A model generated the notes under the pieces. It was not told where the DNA came from. It searched no databases and saw only the letters and a program-made list of their open reading frames with translations. A DNA stretch of 64,000 bases from an uncultured bacterium. Its GTDB lineage: Bacteria; Bacillota_I; Bacilli_A; RFN20; CAG-826. The translations under genes were made by a program, and so were the position numbers. Shown here one piece after another: positions 20,612-30,790 of the stretch. Every line of letters starts with the position of its first letter. The first letter of the stretch is position 1. The DNA is taken from assembly GCA_949290395.1 (NCBI GenBank), contig CASERQ010000002.1, positions 130,727-194,726 of the forward strand. Reading direction: 5' to 3'.

Positions 20612-21324
20612 TGCAAAGATATTTTGCTACTTTGGATAAAAATAAAAATATCGTCATAAATGATGACGATATTTTTCATATTTTAAAAGTCATGAGAATG
20701 CGTGAAGGTGATCAATTTGAAATCAATGTAGATGGTGATTTAAAACTCGCTGAGCTCACATCTAGAGAGCATTTTTCATTTAAAATTATAAAAGAATATA
20801 ATGAAAATCATGAATTGAACGGGTACGTACGTTTACTTTATTGCATTCCGAAAGGCGAAAAACTTGATCTTGTTATTCAAAAAGCAGTTGAACTAGGTTG
20901 TAACGAGATTGTTTTAATAAACAGCGAAAGATCCATCGCAAAAATCACTAAGGAAAACAAAGACAAGAAGATTTTACGTTTTAATAAAATTATCAAAGAA
21001 GCAAGCGAACAATCTAAAAGAACAAAATTATGTAAATTAACTGACATAATTAAATTCGATGAAATTAAGAATTATTCTGCTGATTTTTCTTTAATTGCTT
21101 ATGAAAATACTGAATTTACATCAAATGACTTAATAAACCTTTTACCTCCTTTAAATGGCAAAACTATAAATGTTTTAGTTGGTGCAGAAGGCGGAATTTC
21201 AAAAAGCGAATTAGAAATTGCTTTAGAATCTAATTACAAAGAAATTTCATTAGGTAAACGTATATTAAGAAGTGAAACTGCTTGTTTTTATATTCTTTCT
21301 ATTTTATCTTTATATTTAGATTGA
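20611..21324 (+). CDS. rsmE: 16S rRNA (uracil1498-N3)-methyltransferase RsmE
   Basis: 237 aa; PUA-like N-terminus and SPOUT C-terminus; dnaJ-(prmA)-rsmE-mtaB synteny. Confidence 0.8.
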   Translation: MQRYFATLDKNKNIVINDDDIFHILKVMRMREGDQFEINVDGDLKLAELTSREHFSFKIIKEYNENHELNGYVRLLYCIPKGEKLDLVIQKAVELGCNEIVLINSERSIAKITKENKDKKILRFNKIIKEASEQSKRTKLCKLTDIIKFDEIKNYSADFSLIAYENTEFTSNDLINLLPPLNGKTINVLVGAEGGISKSELEIALESNYKEISLGKRILRSETACFYILSILSLYLD

Positions 21325-21325
21325 T

Positions 21326-22087
21326 ATGGGTAATATTTATAACATTTTAAAGAAAAATAGATCCAAAAAAGGATTATCAAATTGTTCAGAAATGGTCTTT
21401 TTTAAGAATTTTAGAGGAATTCTTAAAATGAATCCTATTTTTTCTAAGTATTTAGAAATCGATAACGATTTTGATATATTAAAAGCCAATATCATAATAA
21501 AAGCGATTATTAATAAAGAAGAACTAGATAACGCAATAAATGATATGTACATTGCTAATGCTAATCTCTCTTTGGATTCTATTAAAGATGATATAAGAGA
21601 AAAAATTAGTGATTTACCTTATATTTCTTACGATAATTTTAAAATTTATATCCCATTTTTTAATAAAGCTACAAATATAGTTTACTCAAACGATAGTGAA
21701 AAAATGTTTCAATATCCTTATATTGAATTATTTAAAAAGTTTGAATCATTTATTGTTGATCCTTTTGAAACTTACAATATAGAGTTATTCAGTTCTTTAT
21801 TCACGCAGCTTGTAAAAATATCTGAATCACCTACAGCAGTTGCTTTTTATCATTATGAGTTCAATGCGATTTTTATTATAAATAAGCAAGGTTCTTTGGA
21901 TAATATCATTTATCTTTTTGATAAATATATGAAAAACCCACATAAATACGACATTATCGAAAAAGTTAGACCTCTTGTTCAAGCTTATTTCGATAACGAT
22001 TTAAGTCTTTTTATATATACTCTCTATAAAAATGATTTAGTAAGTTATTATGTTTTTAGAAAGATTTGTAAACAATATCAAATATGA
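21326..22087 (+). CDS. hypothetical protein (no recognisable motifs; alternative start 21428 with AGAGGAA RBS)
   Basis: ORF only; tightly packed between rsmE and mtaB. Confidence 0.4.
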   Translation: MGNIYNILKKNRSKKGLSNCSEMVFFKNFRGILKMNPIFSKYLEIDNDFDILKANIIIKAIINKEELDNAINDMYIANANLSLDSIKDDIREKISDLPYISYDNFKIYIPFFNKATNIVYSNDSEKMFQYPYIELFKKFESFIVDPFETYNIELFSSLFTQLVKISESPTAVAFYHYEFNAIFIINKQGSLDNIIYLFDKYMKNPHKYDIIEKVRPLVQAYFDNDLSLFIYTLYKNDLVSYYVFRKICKQYQI

Positions 22088-23376
22088 CGATTTTATTAGA
22101 TTTTTTAGGTTGTAAGGTTAATAGTTATGAAGTTGAAGCTGTCGGCGAAGTATTTTTAAAAAACGGCTTCACTTTTTTTGACATAAATAAAGATAAAGAG
22201 CCAACAGTTATTATCGTAAATACATGTGCGGTCACTCAAACAAGTGTAACTAAAGATAAAAAGGTAATTAAAAGATATCGAAAGCTATATCCAAACTCAG
22301 TTTTAGTTGTGATGGGTTGCTACGCACAGTTTGCTTACGATAATATACGTGAAAATTTAGGTGCTGATATTGTTTTAGGCACCTCAAATAGAGAGAAAAT
22401 TTTCGATTTAGTTTCTGAATATTTAAAAAATCATAAAAAAATAAGTCTTCATGATGACAATAATTCAATTAAAACATACGACAATCTATCTTTAACAAAC
22501 ACATATTTAACAACAAGAGCCTATGTTAAGATTCAAGATGGTTGTAATAATTTTTGCTCTTACTGTCTAATACCTTATATTCGTGGTCGCTCTAGAAGTA
22601 GAAAAGCAGAAGATATCTTATTAGAAATTAAAAATTTAATAAGTAATGGTGTCAAAGAAGTTATTCTTACAGGCATTGATATGTCTAGTTATGGCTTAGA
22701 TTTAGATGATGGTGTTAGTTTTAGCGACCTTATAGAGCAAATTTTAATTCACAATCCTGATTTATACCGTTTAAGAATATCTTCATTAGAAGAAAGTCAG
22801 TTGGATGATAAATTTATTAATTTATTAAAAACTTATAAACAATTAGCCAATCATTTGCATATCCCTCTTCAAAGCGGAAGCAGAAAAATTGTTAATTTAA
22901 TGAACAGAAAATATAACATTGATGAATTTATCTCTAAAATTGCGAAAATTAGAGAAGTTAGACCCGATATTTCAATTACGACTGATGTTATAGTTGGCTT
23001 CCCGGGAGAAACAGAAGAAGACTTTTTAGAAAGTTACAATATTTGTAAGAAAATAAATTTTAGTAAGATTCATGTTTTTCCATATTCATCTAGAGAAGGA
23101 ACCGTTGCAGCCAAACTGAAAAATCAAGTTGATCCTATTACTAAAAAGGAACGTGTTTCAAGATTATTAACTTTATCTAATGATTTGGAAGAAGAATATA
23201 TCTCTAAATTTATTGGTCAAAAAATTGAATTTTTATTTGAAGAATATAACATAGAAACTAAAACGTATTCAGGACACAGCTCGAACTATTTATCTTGTGC
23301 GATTGATAGTGATGAAAATTTGGAAAACAAAGTTAAAGAAGTTATATTTTCCAAAGAAAATTATAGATACTTTTGA
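22084..23376 (+). CDS. mtaB: MiaB-like radical SAM methylthiotransferase, probable tRNA t6A methylthiotransferase MtaB
   Basis: N-terminal MTTase Cys triad (LGCKVNSYE, NTCAVT, MGCYAQ); radical SAM CNNFCSYCLIP; position after rsmE as in B. subtilis yqeV. Confidence 0.75.
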   Translation: MTILLDFLGCKVNSYEVEAVGEVFLKNGFTFFDINKDKEPTVIIVNTCAVTQTSVTKDKKVIKRYRKLYPNSVLVVMGCYAQFAYDNIRENLGADIVLGTSNREKIFDLVSEYLKNHKKISLHDDNNSIKTYDNLSLTNTYLTTRAYVKIQDGCNNFCSYCLIPYIRGRSRSRKAEDILLEIKNLISNGVKEVILTGIDMSSYGLDLDDGVSFSDLIEQILIHNPDLYRLRISSLEESQLDDKFINLLKTYKQLANHLHIPLQSGSRKIVNLMNRKYNIDEFISKIAKIREVRPDISITTDVIVGFPGETEEDFLESYNICKKINFSKIHVFPYSSREGTVAAKLKNQVDPITKKERVSRLLTLSNDLEEEYISKFIGQKIEFLFEEYNIETKTYSGHSSNYLSCAIDSDENLENKVKEVIFSKENYRYF

Positions 23377-23447
23377 CAATGTAAAAAAATATTTATACGA
23401 TATTCATCGTGTTTTTTGGACTTTTTTAAAAAATATCAAAATTTTTA

Positions 23448-23475
23448 TTGACATAAAATGTTGATTCTCTATAAT
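23448..23475 (+). promoter_or_regulatory. consensus sigma-A promoter of rpmF
   Basis: TTGACA (23448-23453), 16 bp, TATAAT (23470-23475); RBS AAGGAGAAA follows. Confidence 0.7.
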
Positions 23476-23498
23476 TATCAAGGTAAAGGAGAAATCGT

Positions 23499-23672
23499 AT
23501 GGCAGTACCATTTAGAAGAACTAGTAAAACTACAAAAAGAATGAGAAGAACTCATTACAAACTTCATGTCAATGGTTTAAGCGTTTGCTCACATTGTGGT
23601 GAACTCATTAAATCACATACAGTTTGTCCAAAATGTGGTTATTACGACGGCAAACAAATTATTAAAAAATAA
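23499..23672 (+). CDS. rpmF: 50S ribosomal protein L32
   Basis: 57 aa, [17 protein letters not shown]... with CxxC...CxxC zinc ribbon; below the ORF-track length cut-off. Confidence 0.92.
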   Translation: MAVPFRRTSKTTKRMRRTHYKLHVNGLSVCSHCGELIKSHTVCPKCGYYDGKQIIKK

Positions 23673-23695
23673 AATCTCCGAAAGGAGTTTTTTAT

Positions 23696-24700
23696 TTGGA
23701 AAAATGGTATCATTTATTTATGAATATTGGATTTTTAGGTTGTTCAAAAATTGGCGTTAAAATAATTGAAGCTTTAAAAGCAAATCCTGATGTTACTCTG
23801 TATGGATGTGCTGCTAGAGATGAAGCGAAAGCTATTGATTATAAAAACAAACATGGTTTTTTACATTTATATAAATCATATAAAGATTTAGTTTCTGATC
23901 CTAATATTGATTTAGTTTATATTTCTACTTTAATTTCATCTCACTATGAAGATACAAAATTAGCGCTAGAACACGGGAAAAATTGTTTAGTTGAAAAAGC
24001 TTTTACTGTGAATTCAAAAGAAGCAGAGGAATTAATTAGAATTTCTAATAATAAGAATCTTTTCTTAGGGGAGGCAATTTGGACTCGTTATATGCCTTCA
24101 AGAAAGATGATTAATGAAATTCTAGGTAGTGGAATAATTGGCGATATTTATATGTTATCAGCTAATCTTTCTTATAAAATCGATGATCAAGAGAGGTTAA
24201 TTAAAAAGTCAATGGGCGGTGGCATCTTATTAGATGTTGGCGTTTATCCTATCAATTTTGCTTTTATGGTCTTAGGTAGCGATTACCAAAGTTTTAAGTC
24301 TTCATTAATCTACAAAAATCATGGCGTAGAAGAAACGTGCGTTATAAATTTGTTCTATAAAAACGGAATAGTCGCAAACTTATATTCATCAATGAATGGA
24401 AATTCTGATAGAAGCGGTTATATTTATGGAACAAATGGATATTTAAGAGTCGATAACATCAATAATCCATCCGAAATTGAAATCTATACACCTAACACAC
24501 CTGGTGAAAAAGATATGATTCTCCAAAATAAAATTCATATTAGAGAAGATGTAAATGGTTATGAGTATCAATTTTATGAGGCGATTTTGGCTATAAAATC
24601 AAATGTTAATGAACCAATCTCTATGCCACATGCAGAAACTCTAAAAGTAATGAAATTAATTGATAAAATCAAAAGTAGTAGTTTTATAGTAAATAATTAG
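23696..24700 (+). CDS. Gfo/Idh/MocA-family NAD(P)-dependent oxidoreductase
   Basis: Rossmann N-terminus GFLGCSKIG; EKP-like motif VEKAF; about 330 aa. Confidence 0.75.
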   Translation: MEKWYHLFMNIGFLGCSKIGVKIIEALKANPDVTLYGCAARDEAKAIDYKNKHGFLHLYKSYKDLVSDPNIDLVYISTLISSHYEDTKLALEHGKNCLVEKAFTVNSKEAEELIRISNNKNLFLGEAIWTRYMPSRKMINEILGSGIIGDIYMLSANLSYKIDDQERLIKKSMGGGILLDVGVYPINFAFMVLGSDYQSFKSSLIYKNHGVEETCVINLFYKNGIVANLYSSMNGNSDRSGYIYGTNGYLRVDNINNPSEIEIYTPNTPGEKDMILQNKIHIREDVNGYEYQFYEAILAIKSNVNEPISMPHAETLKVMKLIDKIKSSSFIVNN

Positions 24701-24729
24701 TAAATAAAAAGTGCATTTAGGAGGAATTT

Positions 24730-25365
24730 ATGGAATACAATAAACTAATTGATAACACTTTATTAAAGGCAGACGCAACAAAAGATGAAATTATTGCTCT
24801 TTGCGATGAAAGCAAAAAATATAATTTTAAATCTGTATGTATTAACCCTGATTTTATTCCTACAGCCAAAGAAGCTTTAAAAGGTAGTGATGTTTTGGTT
24901 TGTACAGTAATTGGCTTCCCTTTAGGAAGTATGTCTACAAAGGCAAAAGCATTTGAAGCAAAAGATGCTGTCGAAATGGGCGCCGATGAAATTGATATGG
25001 TTATTAATATTAGTGCTTTAAAAGATAAAAATTATGAATACGTTTTAAACGATATTAAGGAAGTTAGAAAAGCTACAATGGGTAAAACTTTGAAAGTTAT
25101 CCTTGAATGTTGTTTATTAACAAAAGAAGAGATTGTTATCGCAAGCAAACTTTGTGTAGAAGCCAATGCAGATTTTGTTAAAACAAGTACTGGTTTCTCA
25201 AAATGGGGTGCTAAAGTTGAAGACGTCAAATTGATGAGAGAAACAGTAGGGCCAAATGTTGGAGTTAAAGCTGCAGGTGGAGTAAGAACACACGAAGAAA
25301 TGCTCGAAATGGTCGAAAATGGCGCTACCAGAATCGGCACGAGTTCTGGTGCAAAATTAATGTAA
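24730..25365 (+). CDS. deoC: deoxyribose-phosphate aldolase
   Basis: 211 aa class I aldolase; IDNTLLK, catalytic Lys context FVKTSTGF. Confidence 0.9.
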   Translation: MEYNKLIDNTLLKADATKDEIIALCDESKKYNFKSVCINPDFIPTAKEALKGSDVLVCTVIGFPLGSMSTKAKAFEAKDAVEMGADEIDMVINISALKDKNYEYVLNDIKEVRKATMGKTLKVILECCLLTKEEIVIASKLCVEANADFVKTSTGFSKWGAKVEDVKLMRETVGPNVGVKAAGGVRTHEEMLEMVENGATRIGTSSGAKLM

Positions 25366-25433
25366 AAAATTGTTTATTTTAATTTCAATTTTTGATATAT
25401 TCTTTTTGTTGCAAGAATGGAGGTGAAGAAAAG

Positions 25434-25607
25434 ATGTCTAAAGTAGTAGTTAGAGAAGGCGAAACTCTTGATGAAGCATTAAGAAGATTTAAAAGGCAAG
25501 TCAATAAAGCTGGCACCATCCAAGAATGCAGAAAAAGAGAATGTTTCTTAAAAAAGAATCTTAAGAGAAAACTTAAGAGCGAAAACGCAAGAAAGAAATA
25601 TAGATAA
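25434..25607 (+). CDS. rpsU: 30S ribosomal protein S21
   Basis: [21 protein letters not shown]... canonical S21; start at internal Met behind GGAGGTG (track ORF from 25392). Confidence 0.93.
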   Translation: MSKVVVREGETLDEALRRFKRQVNKAGTIQECRKRECFLKKNLKRKLKSENARKKYR

Positions 25608-25612
25608 GAATG

Positions 25613-25643
25613 AGAACTACGGAAAATCGTAGTTCTTTTTTTT
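25613..25643 (+). terminator. rho-independent terminator after rpsU
   Basis: AGAACTACG-GAAAAT-CGTAGTTCT followed by TTTTTTT. Confidence 0.8.
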
Positions 25644-25692
25644 AACTTTTTTCATAATTCCCTATGTTGTACTTTATGAAAGGAGATTTTTC

Positions 25693-26886
25693 ATGAGATA
25701 TTTCATAAAACAACTAGGAGAAAAAGACTGCTCTTTTGCTTGTCTTAAGATGCTTTTAGCAATTACTTATAAGTCGAAGAAGTTTTTATTATATCCGCAA
25801 GAAGATATTGATAAAACATATTCATTTCATGATATTTCGGAAATTGCTAAAAAAGAAGGCGTAACTTTATTTGGATTTAGATTCAAAAATAAAGACAATC
25901 TACAAAAACAAACAAATTTACCTGTATTAGTTCCGATAAAATCAGGTGATAGTTTGCATATGGTTTTAATTTATAAGATCAAAAAATCAAAATTATTAAT
26001 TTATGATCCTGCAGGCAAACCATATTGGATTGATTTTTATGAATTCACAAAGATCTGGAATGGTGAATGTCTAGAAATAAGTAAAGTGGAAGGCTCGTTA
26101 TTTAAATCGAAAAAATATTCATTTGTTTCTAAGCCTTATAAAATTTTAGTTCCATTATTTCAATTTTTAAGCTTTGGGTGTTTAGCAACTGCATTGTTTT
26201 TTATCGATTCGAAATTTTTGTTTTTGATTCCACTGTTTTTACTATTTGCATTTATCATATGTAATTTTATCTACAATCGTCTTTTAGTAAACGAGATGAA
26301 ATCTTTTGATAACACAATTCTTACTAACTTAAATGTTGAATTAACAAGAGATTTCAGATCAAATTTCGCCAAGATGAACAATTTAAAGATGCTATTAATA
26401 GGAAGTCCAATTCAAATCATAAACTCTGCTTTAATCTTGGTGTTTGGTTTAGTTCTTTTAGGACTTAATAGTTATATCAATATTATTAACTTTTTAATTG
26501 TTGCTTCAGTTTCAATTTGTATTACTTTTTTTGAAAAAAATTATTACTCAAATAACTCAACAAATATAAGCAACTACGAAAACGAAATATTAAACTTAGA
26601 AAATGTTAAAAAAGAAATAATGAAAGAAAAGTTATCAGATTTATATAAAAGAACTTACACTTTAATGAATTTTATTAACCTTAAAAGAATTGTAATTATC
26701 TTTTTAATAATTTGTCTATCATTAATCTATTGTGCTTTTTCAGGTAACATCTCAATTAACTTTTTATTGTTTCATACTTTCCTTTATTACTATTTAATAG
26801 AAAATTTAAATAAATTTGTCGAAGTATGTTTATCAAGTAAAGAGAAGTCTTATTATCTCTCTTTATATCAATATTATTCGAAATAA
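25693..26886 (+). CDS. peptidase C39 (double-glycine bacteriocin-processing type) domain fused to a multi-TM domain; no ABC ATPase
   Basis: QLGEKDCSFACLKMLL (Gln/Cys), HMVLIY (His), YDPAG (Asp) triad spacing typical of C39; about 250 aa hydrophobic C-terminus; no Walker motifs. Confidence 0.7.
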   Translation: MRYFIKQLGEKDCSFACLKMLLAITYKSKKFLLYPQEDIDKTYSFHDISEIAKKEGVTLFGFRFKNKDNLQKQTNLPVLVPIKSGDSLHMVLIYKIKKSKLLIYDPAGKPYWIDFYEFTKIWNGECLEISKVEGSLFKSKKYSFVSKPYKILVPLFQFLSFGCLATALFFIDSKFLFLIPLFLLFAFIICNFIYNRLLVNEMKSFDNTILTNLNVELTRDFRSNFAKMNNLKMLLIGSPIQIINSALILVFGLVLLGLNSYINIINFLIVASVSICITFFEKNYYSNNSTNISNYENEILNLENVKKEIMKEKLSDLYKRTYTLMNFINLKRIVIIFLIICLSLIYCAFSGNISINFLLFHTFLYYYLIENLNKFVEVCLSSKEKSYYLSLYQYYSK

Positions 26887-26935
26887 TCGCTAATATTCTT
26901 ATAAATCTTATCTTTCCACATGCTATAATTAGCAT

Positions 26936-27394
26936 ATGAATTTAGAAATTAGCGTTAATAGTATTATTGACAAAGACATAAACAAATATATTCCTATCTA
27001 TGAAAGATTATTAGAAAAAACTTTTAATATTCTTAATATAAATAGAGATGCTTTTGTTAGTGTTACTTTTGTTGATAAAAATTACATTCATGAGTTAAAT
27101 AGAGACTACAGAAACATTGATAGACCAACAGATGTAATTAGTTTTGCCTTTTTAGATGATAAAAACGAGGTCATAAAAGGAGATTTGCCTTTAGACCTTG
27201 GAGAAATATATATATGCTATGATGTGGCTGATGAAAATAGAATAAGTTATGGTAACTCCATTGAAAGAGAAATCTGTTTTCTTTTTGTTCACGGGCTGTT
27301 ACATTTATTAGGCTATGATCATATGAGCAAAGAAGAGGAAGAAATTATGTTTCCTCTCCAAGAAAAGATTCTAGAAGGAGAACTAAGCAAATGA
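26936..27394 (+). CDS. ybeY: rRNA maturation endoribonuclease YbeY
   Basis: HGLLHLLGYDH zinc-binding motif. Confidence 0.92.
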   Translation: MNLEISVNSIIDKDINKYIPIYERLLEKTFNILNINRDAFVSVTFVDKNYIHELNRDYRNIDRPTDVISFAFLDDKNEVIKGDLPLDLGEIYICYDVADENRISYGNSIEREICFLFVHGLLHLLGYDHMSKEEEEIMFPLQEKILEGELSK

Positions 27395-27789
27395 CAAAAG
27401 AAGAATTAGTTGAATACGCAATTGAAGCACGTGAAAATTCATATTCACCATATTCAAATTTTGCTGTTGGTGCGGCTTTATTAACAACTGAGGGCGAAAT
27501 TTATCTTGGTGCTAATATTGAAAATGCAGCTTATGGATTAGCAATGTGTGCTGAAAGAAACGCAATTTATAATGCTTATTGCCATGGAGTTGAGCGTGAT
27601 GATATTGAAGCGTTGGCTATTGTTGCTGACACTAAATTGCCTGTTTCTCCATGCGGAGCTTGTAGACAAGTAATTCATGAGCTTTTTCCTCATGATAAAA
27701 AAATATATTTAGCTAATTTAAGAGGCGATATAAAAGAAATGACCGCCGATGAATTATTGCCATACGCATTTGATAGTGATGATTTATGA
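27391..27789 (+). CDS. cdd: cytidine deaminase
   Basis: CAERNAI and PCGACRQV zinc-ligand motifs; 132 aa. Confidence 0.92.
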   Translation: MTKEELVEYAIEARENSYSPYSNFAVGAALLTTEGEIYLGANIENAAYGLAMCAERNAIYNAYCHGVERDDIEALAIVADTKLPVSPCGACRQVIHELFPHDKKIYLANLRGDIKEMTADELLPYAFDSDDL

Positions 27790-28652
27790 GAAGTGGTTTT
27801 ATTTCATTAGTTGGTAGATCAAATGTTGGAAAATCTACCATTTTAAACGCGATAATTGGCGAAAAAATTTCAATTGTAACCCCTAAAAGACAAACGACAA
27901 GAAATTCTATTCAAGGAATTTATAACGATAAAGATTGTCAAATCATATTCGTTGATACTCCTGGCATTCATAAACCAATAAATGAATTAGGAGAGAAGAT
28001 GGATAAAATAAGTTATTCATCAATTAGAGACTGTGATATTGCTGTTTTAGTTGTTGATGCAGGCAGAAAATTTGATGACGGCGATCAATATTTATTTGAT
28101 CATCTTAAATTTGATTGTAAATTAATCATCGCTTTTAACAAGATAGACTTAACAAATATAAACTTGATCAACTCACTAAAAGAAAAATATATTGAACACT
28201 ATAATCCAATTGCTGTCATTGAAATGAGTGCAATTGAAGAATTTGGAATCAGCGATTTAATAAACAAAATTAAAGAAAATCTTGATGAAGGACCACAATA
28301 TTATGATTTAGAAACTCTAACTAACGTTGATATTAAGTTTAGAGTGCAAGAAATTATTAGGGAAAAAATGCTTCTATTATTAAAAGAAGAAGTTCCTCAT
28401 TCGGTAGCGGTCCAATGTACTGAAATTGTTTCAGATGTCTCTCCAGTAGAGATATACGCTAAGATAATTGTAGAACGCGATAGTCAAAAAGGTATAGTAA
28501 TTGGCGCAAAAGGTAAGATGATTAAAAAGATTGGAACCAAAGCTAGGGTCGATATCGAAAAACTTATCGGAAGACATGTAAATTTGCAACTTGTTGTACA
28601 AGTGGTAGAAAATTGGCGCAATTCTAGTCGTTTTTTAGTAGATAACTGGTAG
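27786..28652 (+). CDS. era: GTPase Era
   Basis: GRSNVGKST, DTPG, NKID G motifs plus C-terminal KH domain. Confidence 0.93.
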   Translation: MRSGFISLVGRSNVGKSTILNAIIGEKISIVTPKRQTTRNSIQGIYNDKDCQIIFVDTPGIHKPINELGEKMDKISYSSIRDCDIAVLVVDAGRKFDDGDQYLFDHLKFDCKLIIAFNKIDLTNINLINSLKEKYIEHYNPIAVIEMSAIEEFGISDLINKIKENLDEGPQYYDLETLTNVDIKFRVQEIIREKMLLLLKEEVPHSVAVQCTEIVSDVSPVEIYAKIIVERDSQKGIVIGAKGKMIKKIGTKARVDIEKLIGRHVNLQLVVQVVENWRNSSRFLVDNW

Positions 28653-28654
28653 TT

Positions 28655-29350
28655 ATGGATTTAAAAAAGGGATTCATTATTAGCACAAATAAATACAAAG
28701 ATAACGATTTAATAGTTAATTTATTGTGCGAGGATGAAATAATAAGTTTTAAAGCTATTTCCTTAAATAATAAGAACAAATCCTTGATTAACGATCTTCA
28801 ATGCTTAAGTTTTGGTGAGTTTGAATTATATAAAGGTGGACTTAAAAATTATACTTTAAGAAACTGCAAAATTTTTTATTCCTTGTATAAAGAAGTATTC
28901 TCAAGTAGAGAATATCTTTTTCCATATGAATATATAAAAGAAGTAATTAAAAAAGTTCCTCCTCAAGACGATTTACTTAAAAGTTTTAAATTATTAGATT
29001 TAACAATCAGCCATATAATCCAACATAAAGAAGATATTTTAAAAATCTTGATACTTTTTATCGCTTTCTATTTAAGATTTAGTGGTTTTTCAATATCTGA
29101 ATTAATTGAAAATAGAGTTTTTAATATCTTAAGCAAACATTACAGCTCATTAAATTCTCAAATTGAATTCAAGCAACTTCGCGATACATTTTTAAATATA
29201 TATAACTCTTTATTTAATAAAAGATATATTTTAGCTAAACAAGATATATTAAAAGTCGACGATAAGTATCTTCTTATTGTTTTCAATGATTTAAACGAAA
29301 TTTTTGAACAACTTAATGTTATTACCATTAATTCCTTAAATTTATTTTAA
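28655..29350 (+). CDS. recO: DNA repair protein RecO
   Basis: 231 aa; OB-fold N-terminus; conserved position after era. Confidence 0.7.
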   Translation: MDLKKGFIISTNKYKDNDLIVNLLCEDEIISFKAISLNNKNKSLINDLQCLSFGEFELYKGGLKNYTLRNCKIFYSLYKEVFSSREYLFPYEYIKEVIKKVPPQDDLLKSFKLLDLTISHIIQHKEDILKILILFIAFYLRFSGFSISELIENRVFNILSKHYSSLNSQIEFKQLRDTFLNIYNSLFNKRYILAKQDILKVDDKYLLIVFNDLNEIFEQLNVITINSLNLF

Positions 29351-29416
29351 ATACACTCATAGTAGGTTGACACGTTATTAAACTTTCTGTTTAATTTTAT
29401 GCGTGAGGTTAGAATA

Positions 29417-30790
29417 ATGGATAATAAATTTGAAAAAGTTGTCACACATTTACAAACATCAGGTTATGTCTTTCAAGGTTCACAAATTTATGGCGGACTT
29501 TCTAATACATGGGATTATGGCCCTTTAGGTAGTGAATTAAAGAATAATTTACAACAATTATGGTGGAAGAAGTTTGTTAGTGAATCACCAACAAACGTCG
29601 GAATTGATGCTGCTATTTTAATGAACCCAAAAGTTTGGGAAGCTACTGGACACGTTACAACTTTTAACGATCCTTTAATAGATTGTAAAGAATGTAGAGG
29701 AAGATTTAGAGCTGACGATTTAGTTAAAGATCAATATCCTGACGTTGATGTTAACGCAATGAGCATTGACGATTTAACGAAATTTATTAAAGAACATCCT
29801 GTTAAATGCCCACAATGTGGTAAAAGTAACTTTACTGACGTTAGACAATTTAACATGATGTTTAAAACACATATTGGCGTTACAGAAGACTCCAAAAGTG
29901 TCGTTTATTTAAGACCAGAAACTGCACAAGGTGTTTTTGCTAACTTCAAAAACGTTCAAAGAGCTACAAGACGTAAATTGCCTCTTGGAATCGCTAATGT
30001 CGGTAAATCATTTAGAAACGAGATTACTCCAGGTAATTTCATCTTTAGAACACGTGAATTTACTCAAATGGAACTTGAATTTTTCTGTAAACCAGGGACA
30101 GATTTAGAATGGTTCAATTATTGGAAGGATTATTCCATTAATTTTGTTAAATCTTTAGGTGTCAATGAAGAAAATTTACGTTTTAGAAATCATGAACCTG
30201 AAGAATTAGCATTTTATTCAAAAGCTACAACCGATATTGAATACAAATTCCCATTTGGATGGGGCGAAATTTGGGGTATTGCCGATAGAACTGATTACGA
30301 TTTAAAGAGACATATGTCTTATAGTGGTGAAGCTTTAGACTATCTTGATCCTGAAACTAATGAAAAATATGTCCCTTATTGTATTGAACCAAGTTTAGGC
30401 TTAGATAGACTTTTCTTAATGGTTGTAACAGATAGTTACGATGAAGAAGTCTTAGAAAACGGTGAAATTAGAAAAATTATGCACTTAAAACCATTCTTAG
30501 CTCCTTATAAAGCTGCAATTTTACCATTAAGTAAACAACTTACAGAGAAAGCTAAAGAAGTTTTTAATGATTTAATTCCTTATATGAATATCATTTTTGA
30601 TACTACAGGTAGTATTGGAAAAAGATATAGAAGAAACGATGAAATTGGAACACCATATTGTGTAACCATCGACTTTGAATCTTTAGAAGACGAATGTGTA
30701 ACTGTCAGAGAAAGAGATTCAATGAAACAAGAAAGGATAAAAATTTCTGAATTAAGAAATTATTTATTAGATAGAACATTTTATAAATGA
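29417..30790 (+). CDS. glyQS: glycyl-tRNA synthetase (single-chain alpha2 type)
   Basis: Class II aaRS motifs (FRNE, GLDRL); start at MDNKFEK (track ORF from 29399). Confidence 0.9.
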   Translation: MDNKFEKVVTHLQTSGYVFQGSQIYGGLSNTWDYGPLGSELKNNLQQLWWKKFVSESPTNVGIDAAILMNPKVWEATGHVTTFNDPLIDCKECRGRFRADDLVKDQYPDVDVNAMSIDDLTKFIKEHPVKCPQCGKSNFTDVRQFNMMFKTHIGVTEDSKSVVYLRPETAQGVFANFKNVQRATRRKLPLGIANVGKSFRNEITPGNFIFRTREFTQMELEFFCKPGTDLEWFNYWKDYSINFVKSLGVNEENLRFRNHEPEELAFYSKATTDIEYKFPFGWGEIWGIADRTDYDLKRHMSYSGEALDYLDPETNEKYVPYCIEPSLGLDRLFLMVVTDSYDEEVLENGEIRKIMHLKPFLAPYKAAILPLSKQLTEKAKEVFNDLIPYMNIIFDTTGSIGKRYRRNDEIGTPYCVTIDFESLEDECVTVRERDSMKQERIKISELRNYLLDRTFYK

